64,000 bases of DNA, taken from the IMG/VR virus record IMGVR_UViG_3300029922_000022, one strand, 5' to 3'. Under the pieces are notes generated by a model. That model ran no database searches, had not been told where the DNA came from, and saw nothing but the letters and a program-made list of their open reading frames with translations. The position numbers were made by a program, and so were the translations under genes. Positions 10,566 to 20,549 of the stretch are shown piece by piece. The DNA comes from an uncultured virus (IMG/VR IMGVR_UViG_3300029922_000022). Lineage: Duplodnaviria; Heunggongvirae; Uroviricota; Caudoviricetes. How positions within the stretch are numbered: position 1 is the first letter of the stretch; each line of letters starts with the position of its first letter.

Positions 10566-11589
10566 TAAAGAAGTTATAGTAAAACCTAATAATCACAGTA
10601 TTAAACATTATATAGATAAAGGATATGATGCTAAATGTAAATGTGAATTGTTAGTTAAAGTTGAAGATTTAACAACATCATCTAATGTTAGAGTTAATTG
10701 TAAGTGTGAAAACTGTAATGAAATAACTAATATAAAATATCATGATTATAGTATATGTTTATCTAAAAATAATTTTTATGTTTGTAAGAAATGTAAATTT
10801 GAAAAAATTAAAATAACTAATAAAGAAAAATATGGAGATGAAAATTATTCTAATTGTGAGAAAAGAAATAAAACTATGATTGATAAATATGGAAGTTCAA
10901 TTCCATTAAAAAATATTAATATAAAAAATAAAAAAGAACAAACTTGTTTAGAAAAATATGGTTTTAAAAATGCATCTGAAAATGATGAAATTAAAAATAA
11001 AATAAAAAATAGTCATATAATGATATATCAAGATGATGATAATAAAAATAAAATTGTAGATAAAAGGAGAAAAACTTGTATATTAAAATATGGAGTAGAT
11101 AGTTTTACTAAAACAGAAGAATATAAACAAAAAAGTGAAAAAACTTGTAGTAATAAATATGGATATCTACACAATGGTTCAGTTCCAGAATTTATTTTAA
11201 AAAGACAAGAAACTCATTTAAAAAATAATGTAGATGATAATAGAACAGATTTCTATTTATATAAAAGAAAAGTGAATAACTATACTAGAATATTTTTAAA
11301 AGAATTGTTTTATAAATGGAATGGTTTTGATTATTACGATAATGAATATATAAAAAATAATTTAAGTTATGACTCAGGTTGTTCATTATACCCATCAGTT
11401 GATCATAAGATACCAAAATATTTTGGATTTAAAAATAATATAGATCCTAAAATAATAGGAGATATTAATAATTTGTGCATAACAAAAAGATCAATAAATT
11501 CTAAGAAAAAAGATAAAATTTATGATATAAAATTATTAATTAAAATGAAATTGATAATAATAAGTGATATAATAAAAAAAGAGAGTTAA
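10555..11589 (+). CDS. HNH-type homing endonuclease with KYG repeats
   Basis: CENC...CKKC, repeated T(C/M)xxKYG, PSVDHKIP...NLCITKRSINSKK. Confidence 0.7.
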   Translation: MIIDKEVIVKPNNHSIKHYIDKGYDAKCKCELLVKVEDLTTSSNVRVNCKCENCNEITNIKYHDYSICLSKNNFYVCKKCKFEKIKITNKEKYGDENYSNCEKRNKTMIDKYGSSIPLKNINIKNKKEQTCLEKYGFKNASENDEIKNKIKNSHIMIYQDDDNKNKIVDKRRKTCILKYGVDSFTKTEEYKQKSEKTCSNKYGYLHNGSVPEFILKRQETHLKNNVDDNRTDFYLYKRKVNNYTRIFLKELFYKWNGFDYYDNEYIKNNLSYDSGCSLYPSVDHKIPKYFGFKNNIDPKIIGDINNLCITKRSINSKKKDKIYDIKLLIKMKLIIISDIIKKES

Positions 11590-11622
11590 AATAACTCTCT
11601 TTTTTTTATTTAAAAATTATTA

Positions 11623-13209
11623 TTAATCTTGTTTACCAACATTAACAATTTGTTTTACTTTTCCATTATCAAATGTAATAGGACATTTTTCTGCAGTCGA
11701 TAATATTAATGTTCTTGATTTAATATTTTTAAAATCCAAAGAATCTGTGTATCCATCTGTTAATATGACATTGTTAAATCCTGAAATTCTATTTTTAGGA
11801 TCTGAAATAAAGTCCAACCCCGGCATAAGTGTGGTACCACCAAGTCCGGAAATTTTCATTTTTTCAATTTCTTTCTTATTTTTGATATGTAAAACCTTTT
11901 GAATCTGCGCATCGCACTGTATTAAATTAATTTCGATGTCATTCTGAAAGATATAGGAAAGAACTTTTTCAAATTCACCGTTCATTGATCCACTGGTATC
12001 AAGAAGAACATTAATTTCATTTTTGAATTTTTTATGACCTTTTAATCCTTGTATACCTTTTCTATTAGGACGTACTATGGTTTTTTCTTTTTTTGAACCA
12101 AAAACATGACTGCTCATCGCTCTTTTAATTTCTTTCAGGTAATCTTTTTTTGTTTTTCTAAGTTTATTAAGAATAGCATCAACATCTCCTGATTCAAGTC
12201 CACGATTTTTCAATCTTGACATAACTCCTTCAACTATTTCTCTTTTTAGTTCTTGAGGTATATCATCTCCTAAATGTACATCAAGTGTATTTTGTTCTTG
12301 ACGTTCTTCACCTTCAAAAATAGTTTCAAGAGAATAGCATTCTGCATCATTTTTGCCATATTTGCCATATCTATCTTTTCCAGATGTATCAGTTTTTCCT
12401 TGACGAGATTGATTATTTTTGTGTTCATGCCCACAATTTGGACATTTATTGCTATTGCTTTGACCTTCACCATCACCTCCTTGACCTTCACCATCACCTC
12501 CTTGACCTTCACCATCACCTCCTTGACCTTCACCATCGCCTTCTTGACCTTTACCTTGTCCTTTTTCTTTACCTTCATCATCTTGATGTTCTTCTCCTGG
12601 TTGGTTCATAGGTGATCCACATTTAGAACATTTATTACTTTGACCTTGCATTTTTTTAATGCTTTCCTTATTTTTTTCTTGCCATTCTCTTTTTTTGTTG
12701 ACAAACCATTCGTATAAGTCTTCAAATATTTGTTCTCCTTTATAATCTTTAGGAACCATAAGAGCACTATTATTTTTCAATTCATCTTTTGGAATATCAA
12801 TAAAAGGTTTAGCTCCTATACCAAGACCTTGTTTTTTCATAATTTCGTCATATATGATTTGGTTGATAATCATATCTTGAACGATATTAGCATCTTTTTG
12901 ATTATATCCTACGCTTCTTTTAATATGTGAAAAAAGAATATGGAATTCTTCGTGTATTAGCAGAAAATTTATTTCAGGTTGTGGTAGAGAGTCTATAAAT
13001 TTTCTATCCCAATAAAAGTTCATACCAGCGGAAGTAACATTAACTCCTGCTGTAGGAATATAAGGATTGTTTTTACTTTCGAAAAAATTAATAAACAAAG
13101 CGAATTCACCATAGTATGGTAAATTGCCAGTTGCCATCATAGCCACTACTGCTTCAGTAAGCTTTTCGTGCATTTGATCTGGAATTACGTATTTATAAAA
13201 ATCTATCAT
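11623..13209 (-). CDS. Metallopeptidase-like plus vWA domain protein (MoxR partner)
   Basis: HEEFH (HExxH) near N-terminus; MIDAS DTSGSM, GGT, ILTDG near C-terminus. Confidence 0.85.
   Translation of the reverse strand: MIDFYKYVIPDQMHEKLTEAVVAMMATGNLPYYGEFALFINFFESKNNPYIPTAGVNVTSAGMNFYWDRKFIDSLPQPEINFLLIHEEFHILFSHIKRSVGYNQKDANIVQDMIINQIIYDEIMKKQGLGIGAKPFIDIPKDELKNNSALMVPKDYKGEQIFEDLYEWFVNKKREWQEKNKESIKKMQGQSNKCSKCGSPMNQPGEEHQDDEGKEKGQGKGQEGDGEGQGGDGEGQGGDGEGQGGDGEGQSNSNKCPNCGHEHKNNQSRQGKTDTSGKDRYGKYGKNDAECYSLETIFEGEERQEQNTLDVHLGDDIPQELKREIVEGVMSRLKNRGLESGDVDAILNKLRKTKKDYLKEIKRAMSSHVFGSKKEKTIVRPNRKGIQGLKGHKKFKNEINVLLDTSGSMNGEFEKVLSYIFQNDIEINLIQCDAQIQKVLHIKNKKEIEKMKISGLGGTTLMPGLDFISDPKNRISGFNNVILTDGYTDSLDFKNIKSRTLILSTAEKCPITFDNGKVKQIVNVGKQD
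12460..12551 (-). repeat. 21-bp tandem repeat encoding GDGEGQG (about 4 copies)
   Basis: ttgaccttcaccatcacctcc repeated in the vWA gene linker. Confidence 0.9.
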
Positions 13210-13276
13210 ATTTATTTATTTAATTATTTGTTTATTATTTATATGTAAAAGTACTACAATTTTTTCTAATCACCTA

Positions 13277-13567
13277 TTATTTTTCTTTATTTTTTAGATA
13301 AAGTAAGAAAAAAACAATAAATATAAATACAGGTACAAATATATTTGAATTTGCTTTTATTGTTTCTTTTAATCCATATACACGAATTTCAGTAGTTATA
13401 ATTGAAACTCCTTTTTTTCCTATTACAAATGTGTCGTCCATGATTTTTTTGTTATCATTGATATCTTTAACTACTTGTTTTGGATCCAGTTCTTTTTCTT
13501 TTGCTGATACATTAGAATATGTAAACATAGGAATTAATATTAATAGAATAATAAATATTTTTTTCAT
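13277..13567 (-). CDS. Hypothetical exported/membrane protein
   Basis: Signal-peptide-like MKKIFIILLILIPMF and C-terminal TM helix. Confidence 0.55.
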   Translation of the reverse strand: MKKIFIILLILIPMFTYSNVSAKEKELDPKQVVKDINDNKKIMDDTFVIGKKGVSIITTEIRVYGLKETIKANSNIFVPVFIFIVFFLLYLKNKEK

Positions 13568-13584
13568 AATGATATTATTTATAA

Positions 13585-13851
13585 TTATTGTATATGGTTT
13601 TTTATATTTGAGCAATTTGAATTATATCCTATTTTACAATTTTGACAACCTTGTATTTGTTCTGTATAATATTTACAAGTTAGATATCCTTTTTCACATC
13701 CTATTATTTTTATAATTATGTGCATATCTGCATCTAATTCATTTTTAAAATGTTGAATATCATTTTGAGTTTCAACATTCCAACATGATGTAAATCCACT
13801 TTTGAATTTTATATAATCTCCGTTAGTTTCATAGCCTGATTTTGTTTTCAT
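13585..13851 (-). CDS. Hypothetical Cys-containing protein
   Basis: ORF directly downstream of TATCTTTG element at 13876. Confidence 0.5.
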   Translation of the reverse strand: MKTKSGYETNGDYIKFKSGFTSCWNVETQNDIQHFKNELDADMHIIIKIIGCEKGYLTCKYYTEQIQGCQNCKIGYNSNCSNIKNHIQ

Positions 13852-13905
13852 ATTATATTATTTATAATTACACTACAAAGATACTACATTTATTTGATAT
13901 AATTA

Positions 13906-14637
13906 TTAATATGTATGAATTTGTTTTTTATTTTTCCAATATAGCATTATTAAATATCCTCCAATTAGTCCTCCTAGATGTCCAAAGTGTGCGATTCCAA
14001 ATCCTAATGATGGATTTATCATAGATAGTAATCCAAATACTAATGAAAATGCTGCAAATCCATATAAAAAAAACTTCACTTTCATTGGTATAGCAAAAAA
14101 CAAAAAAATTTTTGATTCTGGAGCTAAAAATAAAAGTGCTATCATTGCTCCACTAATTGCTCCTGATGCTCCAATTGCAGGAACTGGACTAAGAAACATG
14201 CATAATATACTTGAAGAAATACCACTTAAGAAATATAATATTAAGAATTTTTTACTACTGATTGTTTTATCTATAAAATTACCAGTAAACCATAATGCAA
14301 GCATATTACCAAGTAAGTGTATAATACTACCATGTAGAAACATTGATGTTATTATTTGATATGGCTGAAAATCTGGACTGGATATATTATAAATAGCTCC
14401 TTTATCTATTAAAGATGGTATGAAATAATAACTAATTATAAATATTATAGTATTTATGATGATTAAATACTTTATGACGTCTGTTGAATTTCCAATAGAT
14501 GTGAATTTATAAGTTGTTTCTCTTCGTTTTTGAATTTTTTGTTTTTTACTCTTATATTCTCTATATTCAGGAGTATCAAGAAGTTCTTTAATTGATTTCT
14601 TTTTAGATGAAAAATCATATCCATTAGTATTGCTCAT
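13906..14637 (-). CDS. Rhomboid family intramembrane serine protease
   Basis: TSMFLHGSIIHLLGNM, GASGA (catalytic Ser), AHFGHLGG (catalytic His); multiple TM helices. Confidence 0.92.
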   Translation of the reverse strand: MSNTNGYDFSSKKKSIKELLDTPEYREYKSKKQKIQKRRETTYKFTSIGNSTDVIKYLIIINTIIFIISYYFIPSLIDKGAIYNISSPDFQPYQIITSMFLHGSIIHLLGNMLALWFTGNFIDKTISSKKFLILYFLSGISSSILCMFLSPVPAIGASGAISGAMIALLFLAPESKIFLFFAIPMKVKFFLYGFAAFSLVFGLLSMINPSLGFGIAHFGHLGGLIGGYLIMLYWKNKKQIHTY

Positions 14638-14742
14638 AAAAAATAGTTTTATATTGAGGTACAAAGATAATATATTTTTTTTATTAAATGAATATAAATT
14701 TGAGATATTTTTTAGTTATTATTTAAATATCTGATTATTAGA

Positions 14743-15027
14743 TTAATCGTCTCTTTCTATTTTTGTTGAAAATTTATACATTTTATTTATTTCTACGAGA
14801 GTTTTTATTTCTCTCCATTTTTTTCTAAGTTTAGCAGAATCATTAGAAATTCCATTATTTACTACATTTATTGAAATTCCGCTATTTATTAAATAGTCTA
14901 TCCATAATTGCAAATTTATAAAATTTTTAATATGAAGAAAGATGGCATATAAATACCATCTATTTCTCCACAATTTTACAATTTTTGAAGATGATTCATA
15001 TGAAATTATTTCATTTTTAACCTTCAT
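14743..15027 (-). CDS. Hypothetical protein
   Basis: ORF coupled to the sigma factor gene. Confidence 0.5.
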   Translation of the reverse strand: MKVKNEIISYESSSKIVKLWRNRWYLYAIFLHIKNFINLQLWIDYLINSGISINVVNNGISNDSAKLRKKWREIKTLVEINKMYKFSTKIERDD

Positions 15028-15637
15028 TATAATCTATATCTTTGAATTTTTTTTCTACTTTTTTTCTAATTATTGTTCTTCCTTTTTTAATTTGAGATTT
15101 TATAGTAGATAGATTTATATTTAGTTCATCTGAAATTTCTTTATATTGCATACCTTCGATTTCTCTCATTATAAGAACTTTTTTATATTTTGAATCTTTT
15201 TCTGGTAAATTGTATATAGCATCTTTTATGATAGATGCTTTTTTAACAAAAATATTATATTCTTCTATTGGTTTTTTGCTATCATCATATGCTATCACAT
15301 TAGATAAACTAAAATTTATTGCTAAATCTTTATCAATTGAATCTGTTGGTAACCTTTCATTATCTTTGTGTACTTTTTTGACAATATTTTCTGCTATTTT
15401 ATAAATCCAAGTATTTAGTTGTGCTCCTCCTTCATCTGGTCTTTTATATGTTTCAATATTCAGTAATGCTTGAATAAATGCATCTTCTACATGATCTTCT
15501 GCTATTCCAGAATCTTTAGTATATTTTGTGATATACCATATTAATTTAGGTTTGTGATTTTTATAAAAATCTTGAAAATTTATACCTGTGCGAGCTTCGA
15601 ACTGTATTTCAAGTTCATTATTTTTAGTTGATGTCAT
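15017..15637 (-). CDS. ECF/sigma-70 family RNA polymerase sigma factor
   Basis: Region 2 AEDHVEDAFIQAL...TWIYKIAEN; region 4 REIEGMQYKEISDELNINLSTIKSQIKKGR. Confidence 0.9.
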   Translation of the reverse strand: MTSTKNNELEIQFEARTGINFQDFYKNHKPKLIWYITKYTKDSGIAEDHVEDAFIQALLNIETYKRPDEGGAQLNTWIYKIAENIVKKVHKDNERLPTDSIDKDLAINFSLSNVIAYDDSKKPIEEYNIFVKKASIIKDAIYNLPEKDSKYKKVLIMREIEGMQYKEISDELNINLSTIKSQIKKGRTIIRKKVEKKFKDIDYNEG

Positions 15638-16070
15638 AAAGTTTATATTTGAGTTGTTATATATATAAAATGTATTGGTTTGTTTTTAAAAAATACATTT
15701 TTTAACTATTTTTGGATATTATATAATTCTATCATACCTACCACTTGAGTAGGACTATGTTGCATAGTTATGATCGTTGAGAAATTAATTCATTTTATGA
15801 TACATCAATAATTTATGTACTGATAATTTTAATTCGTTCAACATTAGAATTTTATATAAGTTTATCCTATATTGATTATTTTTATTATAATCATTTTTTT
15901 ATTTCTATAATTGATATTTATTATAATTTATTTTCTGTTTTTGTTATTTTTATTTTTTAATTGTTAATATTAATTTAGTTAATTATCTCATTTCTTATTT
16001 TATAAATTTATATATTTCATCATTTTAAAAGTCAACGTTTTTAGCTCACTTAACATCATGTAATTTATAT

Positions 16071-16544
16071 CTAAGATTCTGTTATTTTATTTAATTTATT
16101 TCTTCTTGTTCTTTTTATATTTTCTTCGAATCTAAGCTCGTAAATTGGTAGGTGTTTATCTATGAAATTTTTATATTGAACATCAACATAAATAATATCT
16201 TCTGCATTTATTATTGTACCCTTATATCTATGCGATAATAATTCAACAGCATCTCCAATTATAGGTTTGTATATTATACGATTTTTCTCCAAATAATTAA
16301 ATGGATTGAAATAATTTGCAAAATTAATAAATTCTTCATCTGTAACTCTTATGCTTTGTTTAAGTTCACTATCACTTTTATGATAACCTTTTATTATTTT
16401 TTCAAATTTTATTCCAAAAAAATAGCATGTATTAAATATTATATCATCAGTAAATATTGGTTTGTTATATTTGTCATATCCTACCAAATATGAATCTGGC
16501 TCAATTGAAGTATATTTCATTTTTCTGTCTGTGTATGTTTTCAT
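16071..16544 (-). CDS. Hypothetical protein with C-terminal RRNKLNKI motif
   Basis: 157-aa ORF. Confidence 0.6.
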   Translation of the reverse strand: MKTYTDRKMKYTSIEPDSYLVGYDKYNKPIFTDDIIFNTCYFFGIKFEKIIKGYHKSDSELKQSIRVTDEEFINFANYFNPFNYLEKNRIIYKPIIGDAVELLSHRYKGTIINAEDIIYVDVQYKNFIDKHLPIYELRFEENIKRTRRNKLNKITES

Positions 16545-16739
16545 ATTTCATTAAACTTATTGTTATACAACATAAATGTTTTTTATTGTTTGTTTATATA
16601 AAGGTAATAAAAAAATTGGATAAAAAAAATAATATCATGTTTTATTTTGCATCTTTTTTAGCTATTTTTCAAAAAAACTATTTAATATATATCGTACGTA
16701 AAAAGTAAATATCAACAAATAGTTTTTTTATAAAAATAT

Positions 16740-16749
16740 TTAATATATA
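16740..16749 (+). promoter_or_regulatory. Putative phage late-promoter motif T(A/T)ATATATA
   Basis: Found just upstream of sheath, tube (28398), hub (31337), 35850, lysozyme (45332), 22986, 49893 and 5888; background is AT-rich, so tentative. Confidence 0.45.
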
Positions 16750-16770
16750 CATAAAAATAATTTTTAAATT

Positions 16771-19700
16771 ATGCCAATAAAAGACGCAGATTTCGGAAAA
16801 TACAAAAGACCAGGTATTTTCTTTGAGGAAATTGACCAGAGTATTGTTCAACTTCCAGTACAAAATGTTTTAATAAATTTAGTTCCTGGTTTTTCAAAAA
16901 AAGGTCCTTTTAATACTCCACTTTATGTTACAAATCCTACAGATTTTAGTACAATATTTGGAGATGATGATACTAGATTAGAAAATAAGGGATCATTTTT
17001 TCATAAAACAGTTAAACAAATGCTAAAAAGCGGTCCTGTTTGGGCGTTAAATCTTTTAGCAACAGATCCAAATAGAGATAAAGTGGACTGGCAATCAATA
17101 GGTGTGTCAGCAAGTGTAAAATCTCAAAATAGTAATGTTATAAGATCTGCTTATGAATCATTTTATAATAGACAAGCTTTCTGGGAAAGAGATACTGATT
17201 CATTTTTAAATGTTGTACAAGCAAATAATTATGGTGTTCAAGATACTGATAGACTTTTTCATATAACAAACATGGGATATACAGATATTAGTATATTTAT
17301 GTTTAAATCATCTATAACTGGTTTCGATGTTACAGCAGAATCATGGTACGGTGATAGAACAAAAGTACCATCATATCTTGATTATAGAGATTGGATTTCA
17401 GATTATTTAGTAACTATCATTGTAGTAGCTGGTGATTGGTCAGATTATAAAACATTATCTAATGATACTACATATGGTAAGTATTTTGATAAAAATGGAT
17501 TAATTAAAAATAACGTATCTTCATTTCTTAATGAAAGTACTGTATCTGTTCTTGCAAATTATGATTGTTCTTTAATTCCATATTTTAAAGATTTGAATAA
17601 TAGAGATATGTACATTAAAAATATTATAAATAATGATACAGATAAAACTGGTTTATTCTGTACATATAATGAAGATGTATTACTTGAAGCTGATTTTAGA
17701 GTAAGTAGTTTGGATATTATAGGTGGAACAATTGTTGGAGAAGATGTTAGTAGTATTAATTTTATGTCATATAATACAATTCTTAATGAACAAATATCAT
17801 ATTCTCAAACATATTTGGATTCAACTAATAATGTTATTACTAATAATTATGATAGTTATAATCAAGATTTTGTGTCAAATAATGTAGATGTTAGATCAGG
17901 TGCATATGTGAATGGAAATATATTTGGTGTTAGTTGTAATACAACATCATTAACAGGAACAACAGGAACAACTTTATTAACAACGTTTACTATTGATCCT
18001 AACGCATATTATGTATTAAATGGAGTACTTATTACTGGTAATACATTTGTTGTTAATGCATCAGATGGTGTTTCATATCCAAATGGATCAAGATATGATG
18101 TTCTTTATCTTACTAATGATAATACTATTAACGTGCTAAAAGGAACAGAATCTAATTCTAATACAGGAGCAATTTTACCAGATTATTTATATAGTTTAGA
18201 TAGTACTATAATTTTAGGATATGTGTATATATTAAATTCTGGATTAACTGCAACATTAACATATAATTCTATATCTGTAGGAACTAATGGTTATATTGCT
18301 CTTGGAACTACAACAGGATATGAATCAGTAATTACTGATGGTTTTGATACACAAAATTATATGAATATTCAATTTAATGGCACATCTGGTCAAACAGGAA
18401 TTTATAATGATTATAATTATCTTAGATTAGCTCAATGTTTTTATGAAATATATGAAAATATTACTGCAAAGAGCGTTTTTATTCATCAAACAAGTGGTGA
18501 TTTTATTGGTGGAGATAAAGATCCTGTTGTTTCAGTTTTAGCAACTGAGGCTACTTCATTACAAAATGCGAATATTAAAATTTATATTGATAGTGATTCT
18601 CCTGCTTTATGTCATTCAGGTAATACATTTTTATTATATTATGTGGACAATGAATTTTTGTTACATGAAAATTTTGTTGATACTAATACATTGGTAACTA
18701 TAAATTCTGTTTTATCATCAGGAACTAATGGTATTGTAGCAACATATTCTCAATTTTATTTAGATTATTATAATGGTAATATTAATAACGATGATTATTT
18801 TTATGTTAATAATAATAGTGGATTGACAACTAAGATATATTTGGATATGTTTATTGATCAAAATAATATATTAACTGTCAATTTTTTATCTGCAATCAAT
18901 CCTCCAATAACATATAGTGTTTCACATACAGATTGGGATAATTCTAACTATTATAATTATAGTTTAATAGTATATTCCGATAGATCTAATTGGAAACAAT
19001 CAGTTCAAATCGATCAATGGTACGGTGATGATCTTACAGATTGTAGACAAATATCTATAGATAAAAATAGATATTCAGAAATAACAATAGGTAATTTTTT
19101 AACCGCTTATTATGATGAATCATATTGGACTGCACCTAATGGAGAAGGATATTTAGAAGGATCTGTTCCAAGAAAAATAACTAGAATTATAAATATTAAA
19201 AATGATCCAACAAATGTTAATAATAAATATATTTATACAGATTCTCCTATTAAAATTGATAATTATAATTCATTAAATCCAAGTGGTACTACATCATTAC
19301 AAACATTTACATATCCAGAAATTGATGAATATGTTGATGAATATAAAGCATTGGTATTATCGCCTTTTACAGTAAATGTAGCATCTATACCAGATGGTAC
19401 TGATATTAGACAAAATTCAATATTGGATATTATTGATATTGATACAAATCTTGGAAAGGCTCTGGCAGATAAAAATAAAATATCATGGAGATATCTTGTA
19501 GATTCATTTGGATTAGGATTGACTCCAATGGACGGATATGGATCAAAACAACAACTTGCTAATGTTTGTGGATTGAAACTTAATTGCTTAGGATTTATAA
19601 GTATGCCATCAGCTAAAATATTTAAAAATTCAACTAATCCATCATTTATAAATGACGATTATACTTTAAATATTCAATATGTTGCTGCTGGAGCAGATGA

Positions 19701-20436
19701 TAGTAAAAATCCAGATTATTATTATCAATTTGCTCAACCTTATACAGACGCTGTAGATAATGTTTCTGTTGATGGTAGAAGTTGTGTTGGTTATTTCTTC
19801 CCATATATAAGAATATATGATAATGGTGTACCAAAATGGGTTCCGCCTGCATCTTACGCAGCAACAACTTATATGCAAAAGTTTGTATCTAATACAGCAG
19901 GTATGGTGCCTTGGACAATATGCGCTGGTATTACTAATGGTAGAGTTCAAACTATAACTAAAACTGAAATGGACTTTAATGATACTGATCTTGATTATTT
20001 ACATGGCATGAATGCAAATCCTATTGTATATAAATTAAATAATGGATATTGTATTAATGACGATGCATCAGCACAAGTATTTCCATACTCATCTCTTAGC
20101 TTCTTACATTCAAGAGAAGTTCTTATTGAACTTGAAAATAGAATGTACGATATGCTATTAAAATATCAATGGCAATTTAATACTGCAGAAATTCGTTCCG
20201 AAATCAAATACAATGCTAATAAAATCTGTAAAGATATGTTGGATAACAACGCATTATATGACTTTTGGAATGTTTGTGATGAAAGTAATAATACTGATTA
20301 TGTTATAGATTTACAGATGGGCGTAATTGACACGTATGTAGAGTTGATAAAAGGAATGGGTATTATTGTTAATAATATTACAATAATGAAGAAAGGTGAT
20401 ATACAATCTATGGGATTTTCATCAGTTGGTAGCTAA
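16771..20436 (+). CDS. Contractile tail sheath protein (T4 gp18-like) with large central insertion
   Basis: N-terminal RPGIFFEEID...GFSKKGPFNTP; C-terminal WVPPAS, AGITNGR, NPI, VCDESNNT. Confidence 0.9.
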   Translation: MPIKDADFGKYKRPGIFFEEIDQSIVQLPVQNVLINLVPGFSKKGPFNTPLYVTNPTDFSTIFGDDDTRLENKGSFFHKTVKQMLKSGPVWALNLLATDPNRDKVDWQSIGVSASVKSQNSNVIRSAYESFYNRQAFWERDTDSFLNVVQANNYGVQDTDRLFHITNMGYTDISIFMFKSSITGFDVTAESWYGDRTKVPSYLDYRDWISDYLVTIIVVAGDWSDYKTLSNDTTYGKYFDKNGLIKNNVSSFLNESTVSVLANYDCSLIPYFKDLNNRDMYIKNIINNDTDKTGLFCTYNEDVLLEADFRVSSLDIIGGTIVGEDVSSINFMSYNTILNEQISYSQTYLDSTNNVITNNYDSYNQDFVSNNVDVRSGAYVNGNIFGVSCNTTSLTGTTGTTLLTTFTIDPNAYYVLNGVLITGNTFVVNASDGVSYPNGSRYDVLYLTNDNTINVLKGTESNSNTGAILPDYLYSLDSTIILGYVYILNSGLTATLTYNSISVGTNGYIALGTTTGYESVITDGFDTQNYMNIQFNGTSGQTGIYNDYNYLRLAQCFYEIYENITAKSVFIHQTSGDFIGGDKDPVVSVLATEATSLQNANIKIYIDSDSPALCHSGNTFLLYYVDNEFLLHENFVDTNTLVTINSVLSSGTNGIVATYSQFYLDYYNGNINNDDYFYVNNNSGLTTKIYLDMFIDQNNILTVNFLSAINPPITYSVSHTDWDNSNYYNYSLIVYSDRSNWKQSVQIDQWYGDDLTDCRQISIDKNRYSEITIGNFLTAYYDESYWTAPNGEGYLEGSVPRKITRIINIKNDPTNVNNKYIYTDSPIKIDNYNSLNPSGTTSLQTFTYPEIDEYVDEYKALVLSPFTVNVASIPDGTDIRQNSILDIIDIDTNLGKALADKNKISWRYLVDSFGLGLTPMDGYGSKQQLANVCGLKLNCLGFISMPSAKIFKNSTNPSFINDDYTLNIQYVAAGADDSKNPDYYYQFAQPYTDAVDNVSVDGRSCVGYFFPYIRIYDNGVPKWVPPASYAATTYMQKFVSNTAGMVPWTICAGITNGRVQTITKTEMDFNDTDLDYLHGMNANPIVYKLNNGYCINDDASAQVFPYSSLSFLHSREVLIELENRMYDMLLKYQWQFNTAEIRSEIKYNANKICKDMLDNNALYDFWNVCDESNNTDYVIDLQMGVIDTYVELIKGMGIIVNNITIMKKGDIQSMGFSSVGS

Positions 20437-20454
20437 TTAATTATAAATAATAAT

Positions 20455-20492
20455 GAAAAAAAGAGAAATAATTTAATTATTTCTCTTTTTTT
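20455..20492 (+). terminator. Intrinsic terminator after sheath
   Basis: aaaaaaagagaaataat...attatttctctttttt. Confidence 0.75.
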
Positions 20493-20549
20493 ATAAACTT
20501 TATATTAAAATATTTATATATAGGAGAAATAGAAACATATATAAAGTTT

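Noticed and set aside
12270..12615. Alternative-frame ORFs (MMKVKK..., His-rich, FTITSL repeats)
   Set aside because: Shadow frames of the 21-bp GDGEGQG repeat inside the vWA gene.
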